46,962 nucleotides of DNA from an uncultured Eubacteriales bacterium (GTDB lineage: Bacteria; Bacillota; Clostridia; Christensenellales; UBA1242), in the NCBI GenBank assembly GCA_949841245.1, contig CATKYT010000005.1:1-46962 (forward strand). The letters are read 5' to 3'. The translations under genes were made by a program, and so were the position numbers. Each line of letters begins with the position of its first letter. The stretch's first letter is position 1. Of this stretch, positions 27,449 through 37,165 are shown piece after piece. Under the pieces are notes generated by a model. The model was not told the DNA's origin and ran no database searches. It was given only the letters and a program-made list of their open reading frames with translations.

Positions 27449-27526
27449 CTTTAAATTAGTTTTGTTCAAAGTTCCACATAAACAAAAAAACTTATATTTA
27501 CTTGTTTTCTTAAAGTAAGTGGCTTG

Positions 27527-27844
27527 TTACATTCCTAAATTAGGCAATTTTGTTTGTTCATCAGCAGTAATCTTTGAAATGCAATCATTTACAGCAGAAA
27601 CCACCAAATCTTCCAACATTTCCACATCTTCAGGGTCCACAACTTCTGGTTTAATTTTTACGCTTTTAACAATCTTATTGCCAGTCATAACAACTTCAAC
27701 CATGCCACCACCCACTGATGATTGATATTCTGTTGAATCAATTTCTTCACGAATTCTTTTCATGTCTTCTTGCATTTTTTGTGCTTGGCGCATAAGTTGT
27801 TGCATATTTCCGCCACCAAATCCACCACCAAATCCGTATCCCAT
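27527..27844 (-). CDS. ybaB: YbaB/EbfC nucleoid-associated protein
   Basis: MQQLMRQAQKMQ, GGGMVEV, DPEDVEMLEDLV; dnaX-recR context. Confidence 0.96.
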   Translation of the reverse strand: MGYGFGGGFGGGNMQQLMRQAQKMQEDMKRIREEIDSTEYQSSVGGGMVEVVMTGNKIVKSVKIKPEVVDPEDVEMLEDLVVSAVNDCISKITADEQTKLPNLGM

Positions 27845-27845
27845 T

Positions 27846-28298
27846 TTAAAAATCTCCTTTATATTTATATTTTCTCAAAACATCAACTGCGTCATCTCTA
27901 AGTATGTTTACAATCTCAATTTTGCGATTTTTTATGTTTTCTGCCATTTTTTCTGACGAAATCATAACTTCTTCACATATATATTTATTACTGTCTTCTA
28001 ACCTTGCTCCAAAAACAATTTTATTAATGTTTTCATATAGTATTGCTCCCATACACATTGGGCAAGGTTCACAACTGCTGTAAATCGTACAGCCTTTCAA
28101 CTCTCCACAAAGAATTTTTTTATTTTTAGCATCTTGAATAGCAATCAGTTCTGCATGACAAAATGGAGTATCATTTTCTATTTTCCTGCTGTCGCTTCTG
28201 CCAATAATCCCCCCGCTGTTAACAATTATTGCACCATAAGGGTAAGTCGCAGATTTTGAAAGTTCAATTGCTATTTTCAAATAATCTTCGTCAGTCAA
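27846..28298 (-). CDS. Zn-dependent nucleoside/nucleobase deaminase (TadA/guanine deaminase-like)
   Basis: PYGAII, HAE, EPCPMC motifs; TTG start after AAGGAG. Confidence 0.88.
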   Translation of the reverse strand: MTDEDYLKIAIELSKSATYPYGAIIVNSGGIIGRSDSRKIENDTPFCHAELIAIQDAKNKKILCGELKGCTIYSSCEPCPMCMGAILYENINKIVFGARLEDSNKYICEEVMISSEKMAENIKNRKIEIVNILRDDAVDVLRKYKYKGDF

Positions 28299-28310
28299 AG
28301 TTTGCTCCTT

Positions 28311-28648
28311 TTAATCTTCAATTTCAACTTTGTTTCCAAAGAAAGTTGTAATTTTTTTTATGTCTTTTTCCGTTTTTTGTTGTGCATTTTCAAATTTCAC
28401 AACTTCAAACTGTAAGTCCAGACCTTGCCAACGAATGGCACTTTCGATGTCTTTTCTCCCACTTTCCAAAACATCAATCAAAAAGTTGTCGCTGGATCGA
28501 ATGACCAATTTCCCATCTTCAATTTTGGCATTTGTGATGTCACCACATGCCACATGAAGTGAAACTTTTTTATGTTCTTTAAGATAAAGCACCACTTTTC
28601 CCCAAACATTGCTGGCTGAAACCTTGGTTACATCTTTTTCAATTTTCA
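28311..28648 (-). CDS. dnaX: C-terminal extension of DnaX, reached by frameshift at an A9 run
   Basis: The -1 frame is open from the A9 run (KLKIEKDVTKVSASNVWGKVVLYL...FFGNKVEIED); resembles the Firmicute tau C-terminal domain; no clear RBS of its own. Confidence 0.7.
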
Positions 28649-29749
28649 GTTTTTTTTTACATCAAAACCAAGCATAGCAGTCAAACAAGTTGTTTCCAAT
28701 AAAAGCCTAACTGAAAGGGTATATCTAAGTTCGCTTTCAGCGCTTGAAAACACTTGCATATAGCGAATTAAATCTTTTTCTTCAAACTTTTGTGCTTGCG
28801 ATTGATACAATCCAAAAACTTCGTCTGTCAAATTTAAAATTTCATTGGCATTTTCACAAGATTTGCATACAAGCAAATTTCTTGAATGCTTAGATAAATC
28901 TTTTGAAAAGACAGCCAAGTTTTTGCCTTCTTTTTCAATTTGGTCAATAAGTGCCAACACCCCACCAACATCTTTTTCTTGAATCTTGTCAAAGAAATTG
29001 ATAATTAAATCATGGTCGGTTGTGCCTAAAACACTTAAAGTCTTTTCTTTCGAAATTTTTCCTTGGCAATAAGATGCAATTGAATCTGCAATTGAAAGTG
29101 TATCTCTTACACTTCCTTCGCCTGCACTTGCAATAATTTTCAAACTTTCATCATCACATGAGATGTTTTCTTTTTCAAAAACCTTTGCCAAATGTTTGGA
29201 AAGTTCTTCTCTTGAAACAAGTCTGAAATCAAAACGCACACATCTTGAAAGAATGGTTTGTGGCAACTTATGCACTTCTGTTGTTGCCAAAATGAAAATT
29301 ATGTGAGCAGGTGGTTCTTCCAAAGTTTTAAGCAAAGCATTAAATGCACTGTCTGAAAGCATGTGAACTTCGTCAACAATATAAACTTTATATTTTGCGC
29401 CAACAGGCATAAACTTAACTTTATCTCTTATTTGACGAATGTCGTCAACTTTATTGTTTGATGCTGCATCAATTTCAATGATGTTGATGTCTGTTTCTTG
29501 CTCTAAACGCTTGCAATTTTCACATTCTCCACAAGCTGAACCATGCACAGGATTAAGACAATTAACAGACCTAGCAAAAATTTTTGCAACCGAAGTCTTT
29601 CCTGTTCCACGAGTTCCCGTAAAAAGATAAGCATGCCCAATTTGGTCATTTACAATTTGATTTTGCAAAGTGTGTGTAATGTGGTCTTGTCCAATTACTT
29701 CTTCAAAAGTTTTTGGACGATATTTTCTGTAAAGTGCAATATGGTTCAT
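28646..29749 (-). CDS. dnaX: DNA polymerase III subunit gamma/tau (zero-frame product, 367 aa)
   Basis: ALYRKYRP, GTRGTGKT Walker A, DEVHML, SRC; ends GTA AAA AAA AAC TGA. Confidence 0.97.
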   Translation of the reverse strand: MNHIALYRKYRPKTFEEVIGQDHITHTLQNQIVNDQIGHAYLFTGTRGTGKTSVAKIFARSVNCLNPVHGSACGECENCKRLEQETDINIIEIDAASNNKVDDIRQIRDKVKFMPVGAKYKVYIVDEVHMLSDSAFNALLKTLEEPPAHIIFILATTEVHKLPQTILSRCVRFDFRLVSREELSKHLAKVFEKENISCDDESLKIIASAGEGSVRDTLSIADSIASYCQGKISKEKTLSVLGTTDHDLIINFFDKIQEKDVGGVLALIDQIEKEGKNLAVFSKDLSKHSRNLLVCKSCENANEILNLTDEVFGLYQSQAQKFEEKDLIRYMQVFSSAESELRYTLSVRLLLETTCLTAMLGFDVKKN

Positions 29750-29762
29750 GCTTTCTCCAAAA

Positions 29763-30512
29763 TTAATATTTTTCTCTTGCAATCACTGAAAAGTTGTCAA
29801 CATCAAGGCAAGCTGCACCAATCAAAGCACCATTGACATTTTCAAGTTGAAGGATTTTTTTATAGTTGTTTATATTCACGCTTCCACCATAAAGGATGGT
29901 TGCTTTCTGGCTTGCTTTTTCAGAATAAAGATAAGCAATCTCTTTTCTGATTGTTTCAGCCATTTTCTTTATGTCACTGTTTGTGGCATTTTTACCTGTT
30001 CCAATCGCCCAAATAGGTTCATAAGAAATTATGACACTTTCAAGTTCGTTTTCATAAATTCCTTTAAGGTCTTCATCAAGTTGTTTTCTGACAAATTGAC
30101 AAGCCTGTTTGTTTGTGCGTGTTTGCAAATTTTCTCCAACACACAAAAACACTTTAAGCCCATTTGCAAGAGCAGTTTTAATTTTTTTATTGATTGTTTT
30201 GTCTGTTTCTTTAAATTTAGTTCTTCTTTCAGAGTGTCCTATGATTGTATAGGTCGCTCCCAAATCTTTAATCATGCTGGCACTTATTTCACCTGTGTAA
30301 GCACCTTTTTCTTCTTCGCTTATGTTTTGCACACCAAATTCTACATTGGATTTATCAAAAAGTTCTTTGGCAACAGACAAATGAGTATATGGCACACATA
30401 AAACAATGTCGTTCTTACTGCTTTTAACTTTTGTTACAAAAGTCATAGCATAAGACTTAAACTCACTTGGTGTTGTGTTCATCTTAAAGTTTCCGATAAT
30501 CAACTTTTTCAT
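29763..30512 (-). CDS. tpiA: Triosephosphate isomerase
   Basis: GNFKMN, IIGHSERR, YEPIWAIGTG, LYGGSV. Confidence 0.97.
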   Translation of the reverse strand: MKKLIIGNFKMNTTPSEFKSYAMTFVTKVKSSKNDIVLCVPYTHLSVAKELFDKSNVEFGVQNISEEEKGAYTGEISASMIKDLGATYTIIGHSERRTKFKETDKTINKKIKTALANGLKVFLCVGENLQTRTNKQACQFVRKQLDEDLKGIYENELESVIISYEPIWAIGTGKNATNSDIKKMAETIRKEIAYLYSEKASQKATILYGGSVNINNYKKILQLENVNGALIGAACLDVDNFSVIAREKY

Positions 30513-30539
30513 AAAAATCTCCTTAAAATTATTTTAAAG

Positions 30540-31709
30540 TTACAATGTGTCGATTACTTCAATAGCCGGCAAAACTTTTCCTTCCATAAGTTTCATGCTT
30601 GCACCACCACCTGTTGATAAGTGGTTAATTTTATTTGCCACTCCACTTGCTTTGATGGCACTTACACTGTCGCCACCACCAACTATGGAATATGCCCCAC
30701 TTTTTGCAACGGCTTTGGCAATTTTTATTGTGCCTTTTTTAAATCTTGGGTCTTCATACATTCCAAGTGGACCATTCCAAATGATTTGCTTCGCTTTCAA
30801 GATTTCATTGCAGAAAAGACTTATAGTTTTATTTCCAATGTCCAGCCCAACCATATCTCCTTTAAGTTGAGTTGTTTTGATTGCCTTACCTTTTTCTTTA
30901 ACTATGGCAACATGGTCAACTGGAAGCAGAATTTTAACACCTTTTTCTTGTGCGGTTTTTAAAATTTGTTTAGCATTGTCAATTTGGTCAAGTGAAACAA
31001 TGGATTCACCAACATTGATGCCTTGTGCCTGCAAAAATGTGTAGGCCATGCCACCACCAATAATGATTGTATTCGCTTTATCCATAACATTGTTAATCAA
31101 ATTAAGTTTATCAGCAACCTTTGCCCCGCCAAAAATGGCTACAAAAGGATGTTTTGGTTGTTCAAATGCTTTTTCAAAAACTGACAATTCTTTTTCCACC
31201 AAAAAGCCGATTGCATTAGGCAATTTCAAAGCAACGCCATAGTTTGAAGCATGTTTTCTGTGAGCAACACCAAAAGCGTCATCAACATAAATGTCAGCAA
31301 GTGAAGCAAGTTTTGCCACAAAAGCATTATCATTTTTTTCTTCACCTGGGTCAAATCTAAGATTTTCCAGAACAAGCAAGTCACCATCTCTAAGTTTTGA
31401 AACAGCAGAGTTAACTTCATCGCCTGTCACTTTATTGCAAAATCTTACACGATTAGGAAAATATTTCATCAAGTTTACAGAAACTGGGAACAGCGACAAA
31501 AATTTGTCATAACCCTTAGGTCTGCCAAGGTGAGAACAAACAATCACTTTGGCACCATTTTGCAATAAATATGAAATGGTAGGAATTGCTTGCACAATTC
31601 TGTTGTCATCTAAGATGTCACCCTGATTGCTGAGTGGCACATTGAAATCACAACGCAAAAGAATGGTTTTTCCTTGAATGTTTTTTAAATCTCTAATCGT
31701 TCTTTTCAT
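30540..31709 (-). CDS. pgk: Phosphoglycerate kinase
   Basis: RCDFNVP, SHLGRP, LENLRF, GGAKVADK, STGGGAS. Confidence 0.98.
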   Translation of the reverse strand: MKRTIRDLKNIQGKTILLRCDFNVPLSNQGDILDDNRIVQAIPTISYLLQNGAKVIVCSHLGRPKGYDKFLSLFPVSVNLMKYFPNRVRFCNKVTGDEVNSAVSKLRDGDLLVLENLRFDPGEEKNDNAFVAKLASLADIYVDDAFGVAHRKHASNYGVALKLPNAIGFLVEKELSVFEKAFEQPKHPFVAIFGGAKVADKLNLINNVMDKANTIIIGGGMAYTFLQAQGINVGESIVSLDQIDNAKQILKTAQEKGVKILLPVDHVAIVKEKGKAIKTTQLKGDMVGLDIGNKTISLFCNEILKAKQIIWNGPLGMYEDPRFKKGTIKIAKAVAKSGAYSIVGGGDSVSAIKASGVANKINHLSTGGGASMKLMEGKVLPAIEVIDTL

Positions 31710-31782
31710 AACTTATCCCCTGTTTATATATAGTTTACAACATTTCTTTCTGTAAATCAAACATTTTGAAATAAATTTTAAA

Positions 31783-32706
31783 TTATGCCTTATCGAAAGC
31801 ATCTTTCAAAAGTGCCAAGCAGGCATTCACATCTTCACAAGTGGCAAGTTTAAATCTCAATTCACTGCTCATTGGCAAACTTTTGGAATACCACAACAAA
31901 TGTTTTCTTAAATAAAGTTTAAGCCAATTTTCTTCAAAATGTTCGCGTAAAATGTCAATATGACGACAAACTTGTTGAAATTTATCCACTTTTAAATTCA
32001 GGCTTTTCAACTCAGAAAAAATCCAAGGTTGCCCCAAACTTCCACGACCAACCATAATTCCATCAACACCAGTTTCTTTCATTTCGGCAAAACTTTTTAA
32101 ATCAACTACATCTCCATTGCCGACAACAGGAATTTTAAGGCTGGCTTTAACTTTTGCAATTGCTTCATAATCGGCATGCCCACTGTAACCTTGTGCCACA
32201 GTTCTTGCATGAAAAGTAACAAAGTCCGCACCGCTTTCTTCGCACATTCTTGCAAATTCCAAAAAATTTTCTGATTTGTTGCCTTTTCTAAACTTCACAG
32301 AAAGCATTTTGTCTGTCGATTTTTTGCAAGTGGAAATAATTTTGCTGGCAAGTGGCAAATTATCCATCAAAGCACTGCCTTCGCCATTTTTGACAATCTT
32401 AGGTGCAGGACAACCCATGTTGATGTCAAAACTGTCAAACTTAGCAAGCAAGGGTGACTTAATCGCCTTTTCCAAATATTCTTCTTCATGCCCAAAAATT
32501 TGAGCAATTTTAAATTTTTCCGCATCGGTGGTCAATGTCATAAACCCAGTTTTGGTTGGATTATGCGCCATAGCCCGAGCAGACAACATTTCCGTTACAG
32601 TGGCATCAGCACCAAAGTTGGAAGCAATGTTTCTAAATCCAACATCAGTGACTCCTGCCATTGGTGCAAGAAACAAAGGGTAATTCTTAAAGTCTAAATT
32701 ATTCAT
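31783..32706 (-). CDS. dusB: tRNA-dihydrouridine synthase (DusB family)
   Basis: LAPMAGVTD, DINMGCP, GNGD, MVGRG. Confidence 0.93.
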   Translation of the reverse strand: MNNLDFKNYPLFLAPMAGVTDVGFRNIASNFGADATVTEMLSARAMAHNPTKTGFMTLTTDAEKFKIAQIFGHEEEYLEKAIKSPLLAKFDSFDINMGCPAPKIVKNGEGSALMDNLPLASKIISTCKKSTDKMLSVKFRKGNKSENFLEFARMCEESGADFVTFHARTVAQGYSGHADYEAIAKVKASLKIPVVGNGDVVDLKSFAEMKETGVDGIMVGRGSLGQPWIFSELKSLNLKVDKFQQVCRHIDILREHFEENWLKLYLRKHLLWYSKSLPMSSELRFKLATCEDVNACLALLKDAFDKA

Positions 32707-32766
32707 GATTTAATCATAACACAAAAATGCCATTCTTCAAAACAAAAAAGCAAGTTTACACTTGCT

Positions 32767-33042
32767 CTATTTGTTTACTGCATACTTAAAATTTCTGTAA
32801 CCTTTAAAGTCCACCATCTTTTTAGGTTTGCAAATATAATAACGCTTTGTTTGTGGATTTAAAAATTTTCTTTCCTTCTTTTCCAACATGGCAAACTTAC
32901 CAAAGTTACGCAAAGAAATTTGCTCTCCTTTCGAACACACTTCCAAAATAGTGTCCTTAAATTCATCTAAAAATAAACTGCATTTGCTTTTAGATAATTT
33001 AGTTTTTCTTGACATAATAGTCACAAATTCTGATTTATTCAT
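32767..33042 (-). CDS. hup: HU/IHF-family DNA-binding protein (divergent)
   Basis: MNKSEF, LRNFGKF, NPQT motifs. Confidence 0.85.
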   Translation of the reverse strand: MNKSEFVTIMSRKTKLSKSKCSLFLDEFKDTILEVCSKGEQISLRNFGKFAMLEKKERKFLNPQTKRYYICKPKKMVDFKGYRNFKYAVNK

Positions 33043-33080
33043 AAACCCTCCTGCAAAAATTTTTGCCAAAATAATGCAAA

Positions 33081-34628
33081 CTAAACAACATTAACCGCAC
33101 TTTTACGAGATTTAGGCAAAATTTTAAGCAAAAATGGCAAAGTAATCACCAAATATATGATTGCACCTAAAATTACTGCAAGAATGATGTTGACGATTAT
33201 GCTGAAATAATTGCAACTTATGAAAGTGTAAACCGCAAAAAACATCATGACCGTTCCAAGTGCCAAAAGGAAAAACTCAAAAAATGACACCGAAAACATT
33301 ATGGTTCGTTTAAGTTTAAAAATCGCCAAAACACAGACACTTGCAGACAAAACAATGTTCCCCAAAATTAAAGCATAAATGTTTATGGTTGGAATTGCTG
33401 AAAGGAAAAAAGACAAAAGTGCTTTCACACCACCACCTATGGCAGTGACAACTAATATGAACTTAAATTCTCCATTGGCAGAAAGCAACATCAAAAGATA
33501 TTGCATTAAAGCCGTAAAGACAACAGAAAAACCGCCATAAAGCATAAACTGGAATGCCGTGTCTAAAATTGGAGTTGTCATGTTTTGATAGACAAGAAAA
33601 ATAACTTGTCTTGAAATTGCCACCATTCCAAAAGTTGTTGGCAAAATTAAAAACAACAAAATTTTAAGACCGCGTTCTATGACAACTCTGCCACCAGTTC
33701 CCCGTGAAATTAAATAAGAAATGTTTGGCAAAAGTGTTGTTGTAACCGCCATGGAAATGATAAGCGGAAAATTTAAAATGGCACCAGTTATGCCTGTTTG
33801 CAACCCAAAAAGTTTGGTGGCAACTCCATTTGAAAAACCTGCCTGCATAAGCCTTGGCACAATGATAAGTCCATCAAATGCATTGACAAGTGGCAAAATG
33901 GAAGCCGAAAGCGTCAACGGAAAATATGCATTGTCATATTCTTTTCTGGCATATTTAATTGAACTTAATTCTTTCAATTTTTCATGGTCTTTGTTTTTAA
34001 TCAAAAACAAAATAAAAAGATAAATCACAGAGATAACTTCGCTTAAAGTTATGCCCACAAAAGCACCAAAGACACCTTCGGCAATGCCAATTTTGCCAAA
34101 ATAGAAAGCAAAAACCAAACCAAAAACAAACTTAAAAACTTGTTCCACAATTTGGCTTATTGCTGTTGGAAGCATGTTTTGATATCCTTGAAAATAGCCC
34201 CTAAGCACCGTAAGAGAAGCCCCAAGTGGCAAAATGATGATAAACAAAGAATAACTTTGATTGTTTCCTATGCCTTGAAAATTGCAAATGTAATTGCCAA
34301 AAATCATAAAAACAAGCCCTATTCCAATGCCCGTTCCAATGGCAATTAAAAGCGAGCGTTTTAAATAAATTGAAACTGACTTAGTGTCACCCCTGCCACG
34401 AGCCGTGCTTATAAGTTTGGAAAGCGAGTTTGTGACACCACCACAAGTGACAACCAAAGCGAAAGCATAAAGCGACATAATAAGTTGAAAAATGCCAATT
34501 CCTTCAATTCCCAACAAATTGGTAAGCGGAAGCCTGAATAAAGCACCCAAAGCCTTGCAAATTACACCACTAACCAACAAAATAATTGCTCCAACACTAA
34601 GAGAAGACATCTTTTTTAAATCTTTCAT
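33081..34628 (-). CDS. MOP-family flippase (SpoVB/YabM/MurJ-like)
   Basis: LGALFRLPL, LRGYFQG, SQIVEQ; about 14 TM. Confidence 0.9.
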   Translation of the reverse strand: MKDLKKMSSLSVGAIILLVSGVICKALGALFRLPLTNLLGIEGIGIFQLIMSLYAFALVVTCGGVTNSLSKLISTARGRGDTKSVSIYLKRSLLIAIGTGIGIGLVFMIFGNYICNFQGIGNNQSYSLFIIILPLGASLTVLRGYFQGYQNMLPTAISQIVEQVFKFVFGLVFAFYFGKIGIAEGVFGAFVGITLSEVISVIYLFILFLIKNKDHEKLKELSSIKYARKEYDNAYFPLTLSASILPLVNAFDGLIIVPRLMQAGFSNGVATKLFGLQTGITGAILNFPLIISMAVTTTLLPNISYLISRGTGGRVVIERGLKILLFLILPTTFGMVAISRQVIFLVYQNMTTPILDTAFQFMLYGGFSVVFTALMQYLLMLLSANGEFKFILVVTAIGGGVKALLSFFLSAIPTINIYALILGNIVLSASVCVLAIFKLKRTIMFSVSFFEFFLLALGTVMMFFAVYTFISCNYFSIIVNIILAVILGAIIYLVITLPFLLKILPKSRKSAVNVV

Positions 34629-34753
34629 AAAACAATTCTTGCCTTAAAACAAAGACACAAACCAAAAAACACAAAAAATTTTTAAAAAGGGTATTTACAA
34701 ACACGCAAAAACATGCTATAATGTGGACATAATAATGCAAAAGGAGAAATGTT

Positions 34754-35317
34754 ATGTACGAATATAATAACACAGACAATGTAAGATATGCAAGATATTC
34801 TATTATTGGAGATGTTTATTCCGATCCAGAAACATTTGTAGAACAGATAAATGGTGATACAGATAGAGAAATTTACGAAAAATATTTGAAAGATGCTTCA
34901 CAACATATTATTAATAACAAAATTTTTAAGAATGATCTTAAAGATTTGGTAGAAGGTGGGAATAAATTTATTAAATATGCAGGAAAGCCTATTGAAGTAA
35001 CCCCTGCTTATGTTGGCAAAACTATTAATAACTATATCTGGTCTATTGGAGTATTATCTGGAAAACTTAGAGAAAATCAATTACCTATTAATTTTGTTGA
35101 TGTAGATAACATTCTTAAAAAATATACAGATATAAAAAAAGGAACATCTTTAGCTGGAAATAAAAATCAAAAATATAAATTAAATTTTGCTTTTGAAGTT
35201 ATTGTTGCTATTAACAATGCCACATACAAAAATGAAGCAATATTAAAAGCAAATGGAATTACAGATTATAAATCTCGAGATATATATCTTAAAGAAATAA
35301 GCCCTAAACAAAAATAA
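34754..35317 (+). CDS. Hypothetical protein (AT-rich orphan)
   Basis: 187 aa; TTTACA-17-TATAAT promoter; AAGGAG RBS. Confidence 0.75.
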   Translation: MYEYNNTDNVRYARYSIIGDVYSDPETFVEQINGDTDREIYEKYLKDASQHIINNKIFKNDLKDLVEGGNKFIKYAGKPIEVTPAYVGKTINNYIWSIGVLSGKLRENQLPINFVDVDNILKKYTDIKKGTSLAGNKNQKYKLNFAFEVIVAINNATYKNEAILKANGITDYKSRDIYLKEISPKQK

Positions 35318-35347
35318 AAAAAAGCACAAATTTATTTGTGCTTTTTT
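35318..35347. terminator. Bidirectional intrinsic terminator
   Basis: AAAAAAGCACAAAT-tt-ATTTGTGCTTTTTT. Confidence 0.85.
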
Positions 35348-36701
35348 ATAAAGATCTTCCTTTATCTATTACTTCATTTTCTTTTGCTTCATTTTCTGAC
35401 GTAAATTTAAGTCCTTCTTCAACTTCTACACCGGCAGCACAATTTTGTGTTACTTCTTCTGAAATGGATTCTTCTTCAACTTCTACATTGGCGTTAGGTT
35501 CTTCTTCAACTTCTACACCGGCAGCCAAAGCTTGTGCTACTTCTTTAGGAATGGATCCTTCCTCTCTCTGTGTTGATTTTTCTTGAATTTTTTGTGCTGG
35601 TTGTGACTCTGCTTCCTTGATTTGGATTGCAGGTTTTTGTTGTTCTTTTGGTTCTGGTGATGGTTTAAAGCCAACTGGACTGGCAGCCATATCAAGTTTT
35701 TGAAGCCACTCTGGGTCTTCTTTCGCTTCTTTCTTTTTTTCTTCCGCTTTCTTTGCTGGTTTTGATTCTTCTGCTTTCTTAGAAGCAGATTTTTTTGCTT
35801 TTTTCTTTGGTTCTTCTTTCTTTTCTGCTTTCTTCTGTTCTTTATTTTCTTCTTTTTGCAAACCTTCAAGTGCCATAGGAACAAAAGTTTTGTCTTTCAC
35901 TCTTTTAAGTGGAGCACTGTATGCCTGCATATTTTTCAAAATTTCTTGATTAAGCAAAATTTGTTCCAACAATTTTTTCTTTTTCAATTCTCTGTCAAGC
36001 AAAAGTTTAAGTCTTGTGTAATCATGTGCAAGTGTTGGGTCATCTTTCAAAAACTTTTGCACCAAAGTGTTGAAGTCGCCAACTGCGTTGTAACCTTCTT
36101 CTCCTGCACCATTCAAAAGTGGAAGCATACGCAAAACATAAAGTTGTGACAAAATTTCTGTAAGTTCTTTATTAAACAAAAATTCTTGTTCTTGCATGTG
36201 CAAAACATTATAAAGTTTGTCATTTCTGTCTTTAATTTCTTCACCTTTATAAACATTCCATTCTTTGTAACTGTTTTCGTGGAAAAGTGGAGAATAAGGT
36301 TCAACAAAAGTGCCAAGATGAGTTTCATGTTTAATTATTTCATCGAAAGTGCTTTCAGTTTCAATCAAAAAAAGGTCTGCATTACAAAAACTTTCTGCAA
36401 TATCATAAACAATTTTGAAATTAAGAACAAACCCAGTCACTTTGGCACAGGAATAAACAATTCCATCGCGTTTATCTTGAAATTGTTTTGGGGTTTCAAG
36501 TAATCCTTGCAAAATTGTTTCATCAGAAATTTTATATTCATTTTTGTCATCATATTTTCCAAGCAAATGATTTGCAAGCACTTTTTGATAGTTTGCAATT
36601 TCATTGTATTCTTTTAAAACTGAACCAGCATCCAATTGTGGAGTGGTGTTTACCACAGGTTTGTCTGCTGATTTTTTTTGTTCTTCTGTTTTATTTTTCA
36701 T
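35346..36701 (-). CDS. Hypothetical protein with K/E-rich low-complexity C-terminal third
   Basis: 451-aa ORF; TTGCAA-17-TATAAT ends 6 nt before the ATG. Confidence 0.8.
   Translation of the reverse strand: MKNKTEEQKKSADKPVVNTTPQLDAGSVLKEYNEIANYQKVLANHLLGKYDDKNEYKISDETILQGLLETPKQFQDKRDGIVYSCAKVTGFVLNFKIVYDIAESFCNADLFLIETESTFDEIIKHETHLGTFVEPYSPLFHENSYKEWNVYKGEEIKDRNDKLYNVLHMQEQEFLFNKELTEILSQLYVLRMLPLLNGAGEEGYNAVGDFNTLVQKFLKDDPTLAHDYTRLKLLLDRELKKKKLLEQILLNQEILKNMQAYSAPLKRVKDKTFVPMALEGLQKEENKEQKKAEKKEEPKKKAKKSASKKAEESKPAKKAEEKKKEAKEDPEWLQKLDMAASPVGFKPSPEPKEQQKPAIQIKEAESQPAQKIQEKSTQREEGSIPKEVAQALAAGVEVEEEPNANVEVEEESISEEVTQNCAAGVEVEEGLKFTSENEAKENEVIDKGRSL
35415..35561. repeat. Intragenic direct repeat (87-bp period) encoding AAGVEVEE/VEVEEE
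   Basis: TTCTTCAACTTCTACACCGGCAGC at 35415 and 35502; partial copy at 35469. Confidence 0.85.
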
Positions 36702-36764
36702 GTAATCATTATACTATAACTTTAATTGATTTGCAAGACTTTTTTTAAATATATTCAGCGTCTT

Positions 36765-37073
36765 TCATTGCTCCAAAAATGTCACACACAAAGGTTTTTC
36801 TTTAATGTCATTCAAAGTTATGCCATTTGCCACACATTTGCCATTGTCATTAAACAAACATCTTGCTTTGCAATCAATCTCTATTGTGGCTGAATCCCGC
36901 TGTGGAGCATATTCAGGCGGATTGTCTGAAAAGATGTATTTTGTTTTGTCAACAGGCGTGTTGCCTTTTTCATAATGTGAACATTCAATGTTTTTCTTAA
37001 TTAAAATACCCTTAGCCGTGCATGTGTATTTATTGTTGAATTTACAACCTGTTTTTCTGCATCTTATATCCAT
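36765..37073 (-). CDS. Cys-rich protein with two DUF1540-like repeats
   Basis: C-x3/4-C-x-FN-x4-C-x-A-x-GI repeated twice; AAGGAG RBS before MDIRC. Confidence 0.75.
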   Translation of the reverse strand: MDIRCRKTGCKFNNKYTCTAKGILIKKNIECSHYEKGNTPVDKTKYIFSDNPPEYAPQRDSATIEIDCKARCLFNDNGKCVANGITLNDIKEKPLCVTFLEQ

Positions 37074-37165
37074 ACTTTCTCCTTGAAAAGCCTTTATGTT
37101 TTCTTTATTTCCAATTTGTTGACAAAAAATACACAATGATGTAAACTTAAAACAAGGAGATTAAA

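Noticed and set aside
27370-27526. SRP RNA (often near dnaX) as the identity of the GC-rich stem
   Set aside because: The conserved SRP core (CAGG..GGAA..AGCAG) is not present on either strand
35415-35561. CRISPR-like repeats
   Set aside because: In-frame coding repeats, only two to three copies, irregular spacing, no cas genes
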